DNA of 64,000 nucleotides from an uncultured Actinomycetes bacterium (GCA_963847965.1 CAWKCG010000043.1:258191-322190), one strand, 5' to 3'; shown: positions 53,294-62,895, numbered from the stretch's first letter. Notes: generated from the sequence alone by a model not told the origin. Program-made: numbers and translations.

Positions 53294-53588
53294 TTAGGTG
53301 GCCCGTCGTCGGGGCTGGACGTCGAAGCCGAGCTTCCCGAGCACCTTCACGGCACCGGCCTTCCCGCCCTCGAAGTCACCCGAGGCAAGGCGCTGCCCGG
53401 TGGCGAATTGATAGGCGGTGCCCAGGATTGCCTTGGGCGGATATCGACCTCCGTCCCAGAACAAGGTCATAAGTCGTGGTCGGCGCAAAGCCGTGCGTCG
53501 AGAAGAACGCTTCCGGTCCCAGCCGGTCGTACTCCTGCAGGGCACGCAACACATCGGTCTTGGTCACGTGCTCCCAGTTGACGTTCAT
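53294..53588 (-). pseudogene. small protein resembling an McrA/HNH-associated N-terminal DNA-recognition module, frameshifted near 53460
   Basis: MNVNWEHVTKTDVLRALQEYDRLGPEAFFSTHGFAPTTTYDLV in one frame. WDGGRYPPKAILGTAYQFATGQRLASGDFEGGKAGAVKVLGKLGFDV in the next. The family assignment is from memory only. Confidence 0.35.
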
Positions 53589-53726
53589 CCGGTTCTCCCC
53601 GGCCGTAGCAAGGACATGGGCAGCTCCTATCGGCATGAAGCCAGCAGGATCCAGCGCACCTGCGGGGTGCTGGCTTGTGAAAGCGCGGCTCCGCGGACGG
53701 CTGATGGCGCGGTGCCATTGGTCTCG

Positions 53727-54461
53727 TCAGGTCCCGCCGAACCGCTCGGTCTTGACGCGTTCCGGTGGATAGCCGAGTTCAATGAGGTCCCCGGCGACCG
53801 CCTCGACGAAGCTGGTGGGACCGCAAATGAACGCGAGCGGATGCTGGCTGGCTGGCCAGGCGGTTTCTGTCAGCATCGCGGCGTTCACTCGGCCGGAGTA
53901 ACCGGTCCAGCCGGGAGGCTGACTGCTGGTGAGCGTCCAGATCACCCGCACGCCGTCACGGTATTGGTCAAGTTCGCCGCGGTAGATCACGTCGGGCAGC
54001 GTGCGGGATGAGTACAGCAGGCGGGCCGGGACATCACTGCCGGTGCGCAGGCGGTGCCGTAGCATGGAGCGCAGCGGAACGACGCCCGACCCGCCTGCGA
54101 TCAGCATCAGCGGGCTATCGTCTGAAGGTTCCCACACGAAGTACCCGCCGATCGGACCGCGCAACTCCAGTACGTCGCCAACTCGCAGTTCCTCGGTAAG
54201 GTACGGCGACACCTCGCCGTTCTCGAGCCGCTGCACGGTGATGGCCAACGGCTCGCCGGGTGCTGAGGCGATCGAGTACGACCGCTCGGCGGCGTAGCCG
54301 TCTTCGGCGGTCAGCCGCACATCCAGATGCTGCCCGGCGCGATGCCCGGGCCAGTCGGGCGGCTTCAGCTCGATGGTGGCCACCGCGTCCGTTTCCCTGG
54401 CGATGGAGGTGACGGCGGCAGTCTGCCAGGTCAGTCGCCGGCGTACCGCTGTTGCTTCCAT
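53727..54461 (-). CDS. ferredoxin-reductase-type FAD/NAD(P)-binding oxidoreductase
   Basis: RSYSIAS FAD motif; MLIAGGSGVVPL NAD motif; ATG 54461 overlaps the upstream gene by 31 nt. Confidence 0.8.
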   Translation of the reverse strand: MEATAVRRRLTWQTAAVTSIARETDAVATIELKPPDWPGHRAGQHLDVRLTAEDGYAAERSYSIASAPGEPLAITVQRLENGEVSPYLTEELRVGDVLELRGPIGGYFVWEPSDDSPLMLIAGGSGVVPLRSMLRHRLRTGSDVPARLLYSSRTLPDVIYRGELDQYRDGVRVIWTLTSSQPPGWTGYSGRVNAAMLTETAWPASQHPLAFICGPTSFVEAVAGDLIELGYPPERVKTERFGGT

Positions 54462-55039
54462 GGGTCCCCATATATGTGGTAGCCGTAGCTTTCCCAGAAG
54501 CCGGGCGCGTCGTGGTCGCGCAGTTCCAGGCCGCGTACCCACTTGGCGCTCTTCCAGAAGTACAGGTGCGGCACTAGCAGCCGCGCTGGCCCACCGTGCT
54601 CAGGCTTGAGCGGCCCGCCGTCGTAGCCGAAGGCCACCCATGCCTTGCCGCCGGTGATGTCCTCGGTTGGCAGGTTGGTGGTGTAGCCGCCGTCGCAGAA
54701 CGCCAGCACGTAGGGGGCTCTGGCATCCACCTGATCCAGCAGCGTGTCCACCGACACGCCGCGCCACCGGGTGCCGAGCTTGGACCAGCGGGTGACGCAA
54801 TGGATGTCCACGGTAGCGGTCTCGGCCGGCAGCGCCTGCATCTCCTGCCAGGTCCAGGACCTGAGCGTGTTGCCGCCCTGGGTGATCGAGAATGTCCACT
54901 CCGCCAGGGGCGTGTGTGGTGTCGGGCCGGCGGAGAGCACCGGATAGTCCATGGTCACGTGCTGACCCGGCGGAACCCGGGCGTCTTCTCCGGCCGGTAT
55001 GCGGCTTCGGCCGCGAAAACCACGCGAAACAGGGCTCAT
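54431..55039 (-). CDS. sulfite-oxidase-like molybdopterin oxidoreductase
   Basis: VDIHCVTRWSKLGTRWRGV...GGPARLLVPHLYFWKSAKWVRGLEL. Confidence 0.8.
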   Translation of the reverse strand: MSPVSRGFRGRSRIPAGEDARVPPGQHVTMDYPVLSAGPTPHTPLAEWTFSITQGGNTLRSWTWQEMQALPAETATVDIHCVTRWSKLGTRWRGVSVDTLLDQVDARAPYVLAFCDGGYTTNLPTEDITGGKAWVAFGYDGGPLKPEHGGPARLLVPHLYFWKSAKWVRGLELRDHDAPGFWESYGYHIYGDPWKQQRYAGD

Positions 55040-55209
55040 GGCCGGGCAACTCCCTTCCTGCTACGCGGGGGCTGAACCCCGTGGCAGGAAGAATCCCCGC
55101 GGCCAAGGCTGTCCACATCGTCAAGGTGGCTCATTCCGCAGGGGCACGCGCGAGTGCGGAGTGCCTTGCGAAGGATTCGGCAGAGCGGCGGTGCGAGAAG
55201 ACCGGTGAG

Positions 55210-57876
55210 TCAGCGCTGATGCGCGGACGGGGCGAGCAGGCCCAGGCCGCGAGCGGACTCGACCGCCTCGGCCCGGCTGTGCACGCCGAGCTTGACGTAC
55301 AGGTTGCGCAGGTGGGTCTTGACGGTGGTGGTTGAGACAGATAGTTCGCTGGCGATCTGCGGCGCCGACAGGTGGGTCGGCAGGTAGCGCAGCACTCGGA
55401 TCTCGCTTTTGCTGAGCGGTTCGGACGGCGGCTGCGGCCCGGCGGGCGGCGCAGGCCTGTTCCCGGCCAGCAGGCCGAGGATCTCGGCGCTCAGGGCCGC
55501 GTGTGCGGTGCCCTGCCGGACGTGACGCTCGAGCAGGCCGGGAGCGGGGTGGATCAAGAACCACAACAGCGCGCCGTCGGGCTCGGCCAGGTCGAGCGCG
55601 CGTTCGAGCGCGCGTCCGGCGGCCGGGTCGCCGAGCGCGTCCCGGGCGATCGCCTCGAGCAGGAATGCTTCCACCAGCCAGGATCGCCAGCCTACTCGGG
55701 CGGAGCCGTCCAGGACCGGCGCGAGTGCCACGATCGCCGCGTGCGGATCGTCCTGAGCGAGCCGTAGCATCGCAGCGGCAATGCGCATCTCCCCGCGGTC
55801 GCGGTCGCGGTCGCTGAGGCCGGCGAAGGCCCGGTCGGTCTCGCCGGCGCGCACCAGGGCGCGCACAAGCCAGGCCCGCAGGGGCCTGGCGAGCGGATGC
55901 GGCCCGGCGAGCCGCTGGGCGGACCGGAACGCGGCCACCGCGTTGGCGGCCCGGCCACGGCCCAACTCGAGCTGGCCGCGGACGTACTGGCCCCCCATGG
56001 CCGCCGCCGGGTTGGCTTCCGCTCTGAAAGTACGCTCGGCGCGCTGGACCCAGGCCTCCGCCTCGTCCAGCCGCCCCTGCCAGGCCAGGGCGGATCCAAG
56101 CGTCATGGAGGCGAAGCCCGCGAACAGATCGTCGGTCCAGCCATGCCGTTCGGCCAGGTCGATCGCCTGCCTGCTCAGCTCCGCCGCCCGCGGGAAAGAG
56201 GGCCGGTTGAGCTCGATCTCCGCCCTGTATACCAGGCCCATGAACTCGAGATAGGGCCGCCCGATCCGGCGCGCCAGCGCGGCCGCTTGCTCCAGGTGCG
56301 ACTCGGCCTGGTCGAGCCGGCCTGTCCACGTCTCGCTGTCGCCGATTTCGACCAGCGCCAGCCCGCGCAGCTCGTCGCCCAGGCCAGGCCGCACCGCCTC
56401 CGGGGCCTCCGTCGCCACCAGCAAGAGCTGTGCCTGCTCGGCCCGCGCCGAGAAGTTCCCGCCCCGCGCGACCACTAGCAGCCGGACCACCCCCCGCAGC
56501 ATTTGCGCCTGCCTGCGCCGGGTCTCCGGCACTGATGCCGCCGCCCGCTCGGCCAGCCTCAGGTACCGCTCCGCCGCCTCCAGCGACCCGCAGGCCAGCT
56601 CGTCGGCCGCGGCCACCGCCGCCAGCTCGGCATCGGCCGCGGGTGTCCCGGCGGGGAACCCGGCCATAAGCGCATGCACGGTCGCCTCCTGCCCGCCCAG
56701 GTACAGACTCGGCCAGTGGTCGGCCAGCAGCCGGGCGGCCAGCCCCCAGTCCCGCGCCGCCTGCGCGTGCCGGACCGCCTCCACCGCGAGGCCGCGCCCC
56801 GCAAACCACCCGGCCGCCAGCTCGTGCAGAGCGGCCTCCTCTACCGTCTCGGTGCGCCGCAGCTGCAGCCGCAGCAGGCCGGCGAACAGGTGGTGGTAGC
56901 GGAACCACGACCGTGCCGGGTCCAGCGACACCACGAACGCGTTCGCCTCCTCCAGATCCTGCAGCACCCGCTCCCCGCCGCTGCCCCCCGTGAGCAGGTC
57001 AGCCAGCTCGCCGTTGACCCGCTCCAGCACGCTGGTCCGCAGCAGCAGCCGCCTGACTTGCTCGCCCTGCCGGTCCAGCACCTCGGCCAGCAGGTACTCC
57101 GCGACCGTCCGTTCGGTGCCGGAGAACTCCGCCGCGAACCGGTCCGGATCCGGATGGGCAGCCAGCGACAACGCCGCCAGCCGCAACCCCGCCACCCACC
57201 CCTCAGTCCGCTCCACCAGCATCCCCACCGCCGGGTCGGACAGCTGCACCCCCGCCGCGGCGAACAGGGCCCGCGCCTCAGCCGCGGTGAACCGCAGGTC
57301 ATCCGCGCGGATCTCGGCCAGCTCCCCCTGCAGCCGCAACCGGTGCAGGCCCAGCCGCAGGTCATGCCGGGTAGCCAGCACGAACCGCAGCCTCTCGGGC
57401 GCCCGCATCACCAGCAGTTCCAGCTGCCGCAGCGCCTGGTCCGGGCCCAGCTCGTGCACGTCGTCGATCACCAGCCAGACCCGGTCCCCCAGCGGCGCCA
57501 GGTCCTCCAGCAGCCGCTCCACGATCGCCCACCCGTCCAGGTCCGGCGCCGCCGTCAACTCGCGTACCAGCGCTGATCCCAGATCCGTCTGGCGCAGCGC
57601 GTCCAGCACCGCCAGCCAGAACCGCTGCGGATCCCGCTCATCGCGCTCCACCGGCACCCACGCGGTGCACTCGGCCAGGCCCGCCACGCCGATCCAGGAC
57701 CGCAGCAGCACCGTCTTGCCGCTGCCCGGCGGGGCCGACACCACCGTTACCCGTGCCGCCCCGCCCAGCAGCTCAAACAGTCCCGGACGAGAGACAACTC
57801 CCCCCGGACCAGGACGAGCGAGGACCGGGGGACCGACCGGGAGGTGGCGGTACGCGGTCGCGTCCTTACGGCTCAT
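55210..57876 (-). CDS. LAL-family (large ATP-binding LuxR) transcriptional regulator
   Basis: Walker A SAPPGSGKTVLL; Walker B WLVIDDVHEL; TPR-like middle region; C-terminal LuxR HTH LSKSEIRVLRYLPTHLSAPQIASELSVSTTTVKTHLRNLYVKLG. Confidence 0.9.
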   Translation of the reverse strand: MSRKDATAYRHLPVGPPVLARPGPGGVVSRPGLFELLGGAARVTVVSAPPGSGKTVLLRSWIGVAGLAECTAWVPVERDERDPQRFWLAVLDALRQTDLGSALVRELTAAPDLDGWAIVERLLEDLAPLGDRVWLVIDDVHELGPDQALRQLELLVMRAPERLRFVLATRHDLRLGLHRLRLQGELAEIRADDLRFTAAEARALFAAAGVQLSDPAVGMLVERTEGWVAGLRLAALSLAAHPDPDRFAAEFSGTERTVAEYLLAEVLDRQGEQVRRLLLRTSVLERVNGELADLLTGGSGGERVLQDLEEANAFVVSLDPARSWFRYHHLFAGLLRLQLRRTETVEEAALHELAAGWFAGRGLAVEAVRHAQAARDWGLAARLLADHWPSLYLGGQEATVHALMAGFPAGTPAADAELAAVAAADELACGSLEAAERYLRLAERAAASVPETRRRQAQMLRGVVRLLVVARGGNFSARAEQAQLLLVATEAPEAVRPGLGDELRGLALVEIGDSETWTGRLDQAESHLEQAAALARRIGRPYLEFMGLVYRAEIELNRPSFPRAAELSRQAIDLAERHGWTDDLFAGFASMTLGSALAWQGRLDEAEAWVQRAERTFRAEANPAAAMGGQYVRGQLELGRGRAANAVAAFRSAQRLAGPHPLARPLRAWLVRALVRAGETDRAFAGLSDRDRDRGEMRIAAAMLRLAQDDPHAAIVALAPVLDGSARVGWRSWLVEAFLLEAIARDALGDPAAGRALERALDLAEPDGALLWFLIHPAPGLLERHVRQGTAHAALSAEILGLLAGNRPAPPAGPQPPSEPLSKSEIRVLRYLPTHLSAPQIASELSVSTTTVKTHLRNLYVKLGVHSRAEAVESARGLGLLAPSAHQR

Positions 57877-57927
57877 GGGGACTCCCGTGCCTGGATGTCG
57901 TCGCGGTGGTGGTTTTGGTCAGGGCGC

Positions 57928-58548
57928 TCAGGCGGTGGTCCCGCGGTGGCGCTGATAGTGGCGGGCGGCGCGGGCGCGGTTGCCGCAGGCCGCGGAGCAC
58001 CACTCACGGCGGGGATGGTTCTTGACGAAGTACAGGACGCATCCCGGGGCCAGACAGGCGCGAAGGCTTCGCCGGTCGCCGCGGCAGAACAGCACGATCG
58101 ATTCCTCGGCGATGGCGGACAGGGCCGCGCAGGCCACCGGGCCGCTGGCGCGGACGGTCCGCGCGGGTTCCTGGCCGGGGGCCCAGGTGAGGGCCGACCA
58201 GCGAGGTGCGGCGCCGGCCGCCTCGTTGAGCGCGCTGACGGCAGCGCGCAGGTCGCGGGTGCCCGAGACGGCGGCCGGGCGGGGGTCAGCGGTGGCCTCG
58301 GCGGCTAGGCGGCGTAGCGCGTCACGCAGGTCGATCAGCCGGTGGCCGGGCAAGTCGAGGTCGGCGTTGCTAAGGATGCCGGGGCTACCCAACATCATGA
58401 CGTCGAGGCGAGGGGAGACGGCGCTCAGCCAGGCCTGCGTGCCGTCAGGATCACGCAGCGCGTCGTGCACACCGTCCCGGTCGGCCCAGATGGTATTCAT
58501 CAGCTCGACGGGGAGCGGTTCGTTCAGCAAGGGCGCGTTCGTGGCCAT
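57928..58548 (-). CDS. CGNR zinc-finger (ABATE) domain protein
   Basis: C-terminal CLAPGCVLYFVKNHPRREWCSAACGNRARAARHYQRH. Confidence 0.8.
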   Translation of the reverse strand: MATNAPLLNEPLPVELMNTIWADRDGVHDALRDPDGTQAWLSAVSPRLDVMMLGSPGILSNADLDLPGHRLIDLRDALRRLAAEATADPRPAAVSGTRDLRAAVSALNEAAGAAPRWSALTWAPGQEPARTVRASGPVACAALSAIAEESIVLFCRGDRRSLRACLAPGCVLYFVKNHPRREWCSAACGNRARAARHYQRHRGTTA

Positions 58549-59058
58549 GGCAGCCAGGATAACTCACTTCTAATGGTTGGGAGTAGCTCTATCCGTTGAC
58601 AGACGTCGCCGCGGTGTGCATGTCAGTCCTAACGTTTAGACACGCGGGGACAAGCACCACGTCCGTTCTGAAAAGGACTTTCTTCTTCCCGAACGGGCGG
58701 CGGGTTCCCGATGCCGGTTTCCGCAGTTTGCGATCCGCACTGGGCGACACCATGCAATTACCTGACCTAACGATGTGCGGCGCAGATCACGAGGCGACAC
58801 TGGCTCTCGCAATCAGCGGGCCGATGAGCAGCCCCGGAGGGGAGGACTCATGACTGCCGGCGGTTCGGGAGCCCGCGAGCAGAACCCGACGATCTTTCAG
58901 AAAGCGCTGGCCCTGAACGACTTCACGGCCCCGGCGGGCGCTGGCAGTACCCGATGGGCCAGACCAGATGTTTGGCAAGTCCGATGAGCACCCGCGGTGC
59001 GGCACCGTCCCCGGGCCAGCCCCGCACACCCCGCACACCCGAAGAGGGACCTCTCGCG

Positions 59059-60852
59059 ATGCCGAACATCGAAGACTACGCCCTGCTAGGCGACCTGCAC
59101 ACGGCTGCCCTGGTGAGCACTGCGGGGTCAGTCGACTGGCTGTGCCTGCCGCGTTTCGACTCGCCGGCCGCGTTCGCCGCGCTCCTGCACAACGACGACG
59201 CGGGACACTGGACTCTCGCCCCAGCGGATACGAGCACCTGCACGACCCGCCGGTACGCCGGTAACACCCTGATCCTCGAGACGGACTGGGTAACCGCGAA
59301 CGGCGCCGTGAGGGTCATCGACTTCATGCCGCCGCGGGCGGGCACCCCGCACCTCATCCGCATCGCCACGGGACTCAGCGGCGAAGTCACGATGCGATCG
59401 AGGCTGCGCCTGCGCTTCGACTACGGCCGCGTCGTTCCGTGGGTTCGGCACCTTGGCACCCAAGTCCAGGCGATCGCCGGGCCCGACCGCGTCCGGCTTA
59501 CGTCCGCGGTTCCTATGCGAGGCAACCATCGGGACACGCTCGCCGATTTCACCGTGCGTAAGGGCGATCGGTTTTCGTTCGTCATGTCGTGGGCGCCCAG
59601 CCACGAGCCTGAAACGCCGCATGTAGACCCGGAGCAGGCACTTTCCGCTACGGAGGAGTTCTGGACCGAGTGGTCCGGCCGGGCGGTGTACCAGAGCGGG
59701 CCGTACCGCGACGCCGTCGACCGGTCGCTCATCACCCTGAAGGCCCTGACCTACGAACCGACGGGCGGCATCGTCGCGGCCGCGACCACCTCGCTGCCGG
59801 AGGAGATCGGCGGGGTCCGCAACTGGGATTACCGCTACTGCTGGCTACGCGACGCCACCTACACGCTGCAGGCGCTTCTCGCGGCCGGTTTCAAATCCGA
59901 AGCCAGCGCGTGGCGCGACTGGCTGCTGCGCTCCATAGCGGGCCAGCCGGAGACACTGCAGATCCTGTACAGCATCGACGGCGCGCGCCGGCTTCCCGAG
60001 GTCGAGCTGCCCTGGCTGTCCGGCTATGAAGGTAGCAGTCCGGTCCGCACCGGCAACGCCGCGTCCGGTCAGTTCCAGCTCGACGTCTGGGGCGAGACGC
60101 TGGATGCCTTGTTCCTGGCCCGGCAGGCCGGTCTTCCCGCCGACCGCGACGCATGGGCGGTGCAGGTCGCCTTGATGAACTACCTCGAATCAGCCTGGCG
60201 CGAACCGGACAACGGGCTGTGGGAAGTGCGCGGCGACCGGCGCCACTTCACCCACTCCAAGGTCATGGCGTGGGCTGCCGCGGACCGGATGGCACGATCG
60301 GTCCGCACCCAGGGCCTGCCCGGCCCCGCGTCGCGGTGGGAACAGCTCCGCGATCAGATCCATCACGATGTCGTCACCCACGCATTCGACGCCGGACGCA
60401 ACACCTTTACCCAGGCTTACGGGTCGGCCGCGCTCGACGCCAGCCTGCTGCTGATCCCGCGCGTCGGTTTCCTGCCGGCCACGGACCCGCGGGTGCTGGG
60501 CACGATCTCCGCGGTCCGCCGCGAACTGAGCGAGGGCGGCCTCGTCAAGCGCTACCAGACCGCTGAGACCGACGACGGCCTCAAGGGCAGCGAGGGCCTG
60601 TTCATCGCCTGCTCGTTCTGGCTGGTGGACGCTCTGCACGCGTCCGGGCAGCAACGGGACGCCATCGACCTGTTCGAGCGCCTGCTCTTGCTACGCAACG
60701 ACCTCGGGCTGCTGAGCGAGGAGTGGGACCCAGCCGCGCAGCGCCAGCTGGGCAACACCCCCCAGGCGTTCAGCCACTTCGCCCTGGTCGTCAGCGCCCT
60801 CCAGCTGCACATGGGGCACCCGGCCCGCAGCGACAACCCGATGCCGATGTGA
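59059..60852 (+). CDS. glycoside hydrolase family 15 (glucoamylase/trehalase-like)
   Basis: MPNIEDYALLGDLHTAALVSTAGSVDWLCLPRFDSPA...NWDYRYCWLRDA...GNAASGQFQLDVWGE. Confidence 0.9.
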   Translation: MPNIEDYALLGDLHTAALVSTAGSVDWLCLPRFDSPAAFAALLHNDDAGHWTLAPADTSTCTTRRYAGNTLILETDWVTANGAVRVIDFMPPRAGTPHLIRIATGLSGEVTMRSRLRLRFDYGRVVPWVRHLGTQVQAIAGPDRVRLTSAVPMRGNHRDTLADFTVRKGDRFSFVMSWAPSHEPETPHVDPEQALSATEEFWTEWSGRAVYQSGPYRDAVDRSLITLKALTYEPTGGIVAAATTSLPEEIGGVRNWDYRYCWLRDATYTLQALLAAGFKSEASAWRDWLLRSIAGQPETLQILYSIDGARRLPEVELPWLSGYEGSSPVRTGNAASGQFQLDVWGETLDALFLARQAGLPADRDAWAVQVALMNYLESAWREPDNGLWEVRGDRRHFTHSKVMAWAAADRMARSVRTQGLPGPASRWEQLRDQIHHDVVTHAFDAGRNTFTQAYGSAALDASLLLIPRVGFLPATDPRVLGTISAVRRELSEGGLVKRYQTAETDDGLKGSEGLFIACSFWLVDALHASGQQRDAIDLFERLLLLRNDLGLLSEEWDPAAQRQLGNTPQAFSHFALVVSALQLHMGHPARSDNPMPM

Positions 60853-61218
60853 CAACCAGACCGCAGGTGGCGATCTACCGGGTCACCATGATCGTGTCGG
60901 ACCCTGACCGGGCAGAACATGACTATGTCAAGACCTTCGGGTGCCGCGTCGAACAACGCGGTGACCTTGAACCTTGACTGATTCACGTACTGTGCCACCC
61001 GCTGGAACTGCTCGCCTTTGCGCCGGGACGCATACCAGAGGGATGACGCGTCGCAGATTGAATTGCCGCTGCCGCTGGTCGCAAACAGGAACTGCCGGTC
61101 CGCGGTGAGGATTACGTTGTCGGTGCCTTCGAAGGCCTCTGGCGTGCTCCCCGGGCCGCTGACCGGGTTGTAGCTCCCGGTATCGGCGCTTACGACGAAG
61201 ATGCGAGCCTACCCGCCA

Positions 61219-61788
61219 TCACATGGGGTCCTGGTCCGGCTTACCCATGGACATGGGGTCCTGGTCCGGCTGGCCCATGGACATGGGGTCCTGGTCCGGC
61301 TGGCCCATCGACATGGGGTCCTGGTCCGGCTGGCCCATCGACATGGGGTCCTGGTCCGGCTGGCCCATCGACATGGGGTCCTGGTCCGGCTGGCCCATCG
61401 ACATGGGGTCCTGGTCCGGCTGGCCCATCGACATGGATTCTTCGTGTGACATGCTGATCCCTTCCCTGGTCCTTATCTGCGTGCTCGCCCGGCACGCAGG
61501 CGTGTGCTGAGTCCCGCCTGCCGGGATAAAGGCTGATCCTGGTTGGCTCAAGTTGGCCAGCCCGGAGAGGTCGACGCTGGTCACGTCCAGGCGCCTGACC
61601 AGCACCATGAGGACGCTGCCGCAGGTTCGGCAGCGGACGACGGTACCGGGCGCCTGCCGGTAGACGACGAGCTCGGCCACCGGCCTGTTGGCACCACACG
61701 TTGCGCAGGTGCTGCCCGCAGCGGTCATCTCCGCGCCGAAGACGTCGATCAGCAGGCCGCCGATCGCATTGCCGTCCACTGGGTCCAT
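61219..61788 (-). CDS. DUF6510-like zinc-ribbon protein fused in frame to a (MSMGQPDQDP)x7 tail
   Basis: MDPVDGNAIGGLLIDVFGAEMTAAGSTCATCGANRPVAELVVYRQAPGTVVRCRTCGSVLMVLV... There is no stop before TGA 61219-61221. An internal ATG (MSHEES..., 61449-61451) has GGGAAGGGA upstream. Confidence 0.55.
   Translation of the reverse strand: MDPVDGNAIGGLLIDVFGAEMTAAGSTCATCGANRPVAELVVYRQAPGTVVRCRTCGSVLMVLVRRLDVTSVDLSGLANLSQPGSAFIPAGGTQHTPACRASTQIRTREGISMSHEESMSMGQPDQDPMSMGQPDQDPMSMGQPDQDPMSMGQPDQDPMSMGQPDQDPMSMGQPDQDPMSMGKPDQDPM
61221..61437. repeat. 30-bp tandem repeat, 7.2 copies, near-perfect
   Basis: Unit ACATGGGGTCCTGGTCCGGCTGGCCCATCG. Copies 3-7 are identical. Copies 1-2 differ at 1-3 positions. 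Confidence 0.95.
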
Positions 61789-62163
61789 CAGTGCCCTCCT
61801 GTCCCGCTGAACCGCTCGGTCTTCACCCCGGTCAGCTCCTCCCCCATCAGCGGGCCGTCCTGCGAGGTATGAGTCCACCTTCGCCCCGCCCCTGGAAGCC
61901 CACATCGTCAAGAGTGCTAAATGCACTGTTCACCCCGAATCCAGCCGGTCAGGCCCGGCATCGTCCATCACCTTTTCGACTAGGGCGCTGTCTTAGGTTG
62001 AACCGGTCGGCGGCCGTCACAGCCCAAAAGCGAGTGCCGCCAGATTTGCCGCAGTCCGTGCCGTACAGGCAACGGCGGGCCGGACGGCCACACCCCGTCT
62101 GGCTAATTCGGTGGGATCACGCCGGCCAGCGGCCGGCCGTCGGCCAAGCCTGGGAGCCGTCCT

Positions 62164-62895
62164 TCACGTGAGGGGTTCGCCGCCGTCGATGTGCAGCGTC
62201 TGGCCGGTCAGGAACGTGCTGGTCAGGGCGAACAGGACGCCCTGGGCGATGTCCTCGGCGGTGCCGATCCGCCGCGCAGGATTGCGCGCGCTGATGCCGG
62301 CGAAGTAGTCCGCCTTGCCCTGCTCGCCGAGGGCGTCCCAGGCGCCGGTGTCGATCACGCCCGGGGAGATGGCGTTGACCCGGATCGGGGCCAGTTCCAG
62401 GGCCAGGGAGCGGGCCAGGGTGTCGGCGGCGGCGTTGGTGATGGCCACGCCCATGGTCCCGACCGCGATCTTGGCCGCGGCGACGCCGGAGAAGATGACG
62501 AACGAGCCACCCTCGTTCATCCGGGGGGCCAGGTGCTTGGCCAGCATCAGCGGGCCGATCACCTTGGTGTCGAACGACAGCCGGATCGCGTCCCGGTCCA
62601 GGTCGGCGAGCCGACCGCGGACCCGGGCGGAGGCGGTGGAGACCACGTGGTCGACCGTGCCGAGCCGCTCGCCGAGCGCGGCGATGGAGGCCTCGTCGGT
62701 CAGGTCGACGATCTCGGTGCTGACGCCGGGCTCGCCCGCGTAGGCCGCGCGCAGGGTCTCCTGGTTACGTCCGGCCGCCACGACGCGCGCTCCGGCGTCC
62801 AGCGCGGCCAGGGTAATCGCCCGGGCCAGCCCGCTGCCCCGCCCGACGACCAGGACGGTCTTGTCCTTCAGCGAGCCGTCCGGTGATGTGATCAT
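62164..62895 (-). CDS. SDR-family oxidoreductase
   Basis: KTVLVVGRGSGLARAI cofactor motif; 243 aa; C-terminal GQTLHIDGG. Confidence 0.88.
   Translation of the reverse strand: MITSPDGSLKDKTVLVVGRGSGLARAITLAALDAGARVVAAGRNQETLRAAYAGEPGVSTEIVDLTDEASIAALGERLGTVDHVVSTASARVRGRLADLDRDAIRLSFDTKVIGPLMLAKHLAPRMNEGGSFVIFSGVAAAKIAVGTMGVAITNAAADTLARSLALELAPIRVNAISPGVIDTGAWDALGEQGKADYFAGISARNPARRIGTAEDIAQGVLFALTSTFLTGQTLHIDGGEPLT

Noticed and set aside
40522-54000. attR copy of the tRNA-Leu 3' end that would delimit an integrated island
   Set aside because: I could not find one by eye. A computational search is needed before claiming a tRNA-targeted island.
55121-57955. ORFs 55121..56908 (-), 56674..57576 (+) and 56990..57955 (+) over the LAL regulator
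   Set aside because: These are shadow frames. Only 55210..57876 shows the Walker A/B, TPR-like and LuxR HTH features.
61010-61207. Minus-strand stretch RIFVVSADTGSYNPVSGPGSTPEAFEGTDNVILTADRQFLFATSGSGNSICD, reminiscent of a lactonase-type beta-propeller blade
   Set aside because: There is no start codon (TAG lies immediately upstream). It runs on into antisense of the GH15 gene and is too short for a confident family call. It may be one more gene relic.
61201-61510. Plus-strand ORFs across the 30-bp repeats (HGVLVRLAHR..., MGSWSGWPID...), and a possible CRISPR array
   Set aside because: All frames are open only because of the repeat periodicity. The repeats are contiguous with no spacers, so this is not a CRISPR array. 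The minus-strand frame is the one joined to a recognisable domain and an SD.
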